From contig DF237239.1 of assembly GCA_000708835.1 (NCBI GenBank), positions 1-64,000 of the forward strand: a stretch of DNA of 64,000 nt, in the 5' to 3' direction. Positions 62,501-64,000 of the stretch are shown here, in pieces (position 1 is the first letter of the stretch; each line of letters begins with the position of its first letter). Below the pieces are notes generated by a model. It ran no database searches, was not told the origin of the DNA, and saw only the letters and a program-made list of their open reading frames with translations. A program made the position numbers and the translations under genes. This DNA comes from Klebsormidium nitens. Lineage: Eukaryota > Plantae > Klebsormidiophyceae.

Positions 62501-64000
62501 TTGGAGAAGGAGGGTACGGCAAAGTTTACAAAGGCGGCCTCCACACGAAAGACGGTCCTCAGGCGCGTCGCTGTCTCCACGTTCTCCGCTGTGCTAAAAG
62601 AGCTGCTCAACTTTCTTAAAGTCGGAGCTTCTAGCAGCCATTAAGTGTCTTCGATATGAAAGAGACGAGACTGCCAGCGTATGGGGACACCCGATCAACC
62701 GGATTGAGATTGATAATAGGGACTTCCAATGCACAGCGGTAAGCTGCTCCGCGTTTCGCCTGCTTCTCGGGGATGGGCTAGGGCGCGAAGCTTTCCTGCG
62801 CGCAGTCATTGCTTCGGTGGGCGCCGAGTGCTGACGTCATTTCCTGCCTGACTCTTTTCAGGTAGTGGCCATCAAGCGCGGCGGCCGCCAGTCGCAGCAA
62901 GGCGAGCGCGAGTTCCTGCAGGAGATCTCCGCCATGTCCAGAATCAGGCACAAGCACCTCGTGAGGAGTTACCAGACATCAGAGAGTGTTTTCAGCACTG
63001 GGACTGCTTTAAACGTCACCCGCTTGCTTGCTATTTGGCCGCTTTCCCAGGGTTTTTCGGAGGCAGCCTCTACGTTCGTAAGTCCGTGGAGCCAGTTTGA
63101 TACTGAAGAGCGCATTGATCCACCATTCCCAGTTCGCTTCTGGACAATGTCAAGGTTTTGCGGTCCTCAGCATGGTGCTCTGCCGTTTTGCCTCTTTCCA
63201 GGAAAGCGTGGTTGGCTGATTCCAAAAAAAATGTTTAATCAATATTCAGGTGAAGCTGGTCGGCTTCTGCGACGCTGGGGCCGAGCAATGCTTGGTGTAC
63301 GAGTACATGGTCAACGGGACGGTGCAAGACCACCTGTGGGGTGAGCACTTTTTGAGAGATGGCTCCCGTGTTGATGAATCTGTCTCGAGATGCTGCAATG
63401 GCGAGCCGAGCCACCTTCTTTGCAAAGGTGGATAATTGCTTTGACATTTCAAGGGTTTCCGAAGGTCACACCGGGCCTTCTATCCAAACAGGGTTTCCTG
63501 AGTCAAACTGATCTTGCTGTGGGTTGCAGGTCGTCTAGCCGCAGACGGCGTTCTGGACTGGCCAACGCGCATCCAGATAGCATTGGGCGCCGCCAAAGGT
63601 AAAATGCTCCTTCCTGTCCCAAACTCAGTTTCGGATGCCCGTGTAACGAATGCAGAGAGTGGGTATAGGACAGCGGAACACATTCAAAGGTAAGTATAGC
63701 AGAGGAGGCACAAGTGCCATGAAAGTGGTACGCTTTGCCAACTCCCATTCTGGGCCACTGCTTCCCTCAAGCTCCTCGAGAGGTTCTAACTCTCAGCCAT
63801 CGCTGAAGCAGTGGTTTCTTTCCTGGCAGGATTGGAGTACCTGCACACCGCAGTGGAGCCGCCCATCATCCACCGGTGAGCCCTGATGGTCCGCCGACAT
63901 CTGTCCAAAGCACGGCTGCCGCCTGAGACACCTGGCTGTTTCTCTTTTCTTTCACGGAGTCCGACACAAGTTTTCGACAGAAGCGGGTCTGCTGTGAACG
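56580..64000 (+). CDS. Leucine-rich-repeat receptor-like Ser/Thr kinase (partial, runs off the window)
   Basis: Exons 56580-56682 (signal peptide), 57029-57107, 57623-57715, 58060-58136, 58372-58444, 58795-58866, 59231-59377, 59689-59829, 60427-60486, 60703-60869 (plant LRRs LxLxxNxLSGxIP), 61333-61572 (Pro-rich stalk, TM, CCRKR), probably 61893-61941 and 62027-62135, then 62451-62562 ([11 protein letters not shown]), 62862-62960 (VAIKR), 63250-63340, 63530-63598, 63830-63875 (GLEYLH...PPIIHR). Confidence 0.93.
62563..62861 (+). other. Probable GC-AG intron in the RLK kinase domain
   Basis: CAG|GCGCGT gives DGPQ|VVAIKR, which fits kinase subdomain II spacing. An alternative phase-0 GT 15 nt downstream would insert ARRCLH. 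Confidence 0.55.

Noticed and set aside
1-64000. tRNA, rRNA, snRNA, CRISPR arrays, transposase or reverse-transcriptase ORFs
   Set aside because: None recognised by eye. A covariance-model scan (Infernal/Rfam, tRNAscan-SE) would be needed to exclude small ncRNAs.

Overview
Eukaryotic nuclear DNA, intron-rich with roughly 100-1200 bp introns and a GC-rich coding fraction. It carries plant-type genes together with a centriole/flagellum gene, which suggests a flagellate-stage streptophyte such as a Klebsormidium-like alga (inference, not a database result). I reconstructed eight spliced protein-coding genes by hand with consistent reading phases: an unrecognised plastid/thylakoid-lumen (Tat) protein (-), a BAR-PH-ArfGAP-ANK ACAP/AGD protein (-), a UXT-type nucleotide-sugar transporter (+), an F-box/LRR protein (-), a FAM161-like protein (-), a C2/EF-hand phosphatidylserine decarboxylase (+), a CPL3/FCP1 Pol II CTD phosphatase (-), and an LRR receptor-like kinase cut by the window end (+). 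There is one 155-N assembly gap. The most unusual observations are: (1) five ~96-bp tandem copies of a complete 3' splice site plus exon start in the UXT intron 3; (2) a four-copy ~180-bp MITE-like family with a conserved, telomere-like, G-quadruplex-prone core; (3) a 518-bp Mutator-like fold-back element with a perfect 9-bp TSD; (4) an IQ calmodulin-binding motif in a C-terminal extension of the PS decarboxylase; (5) an RS-rich tract in the CTD phosphatase; (6) an orphan lumen protein under an ABRE/RY/I-box promoter. Most ORFs in the supplied track are antisense shadows or intron noise.
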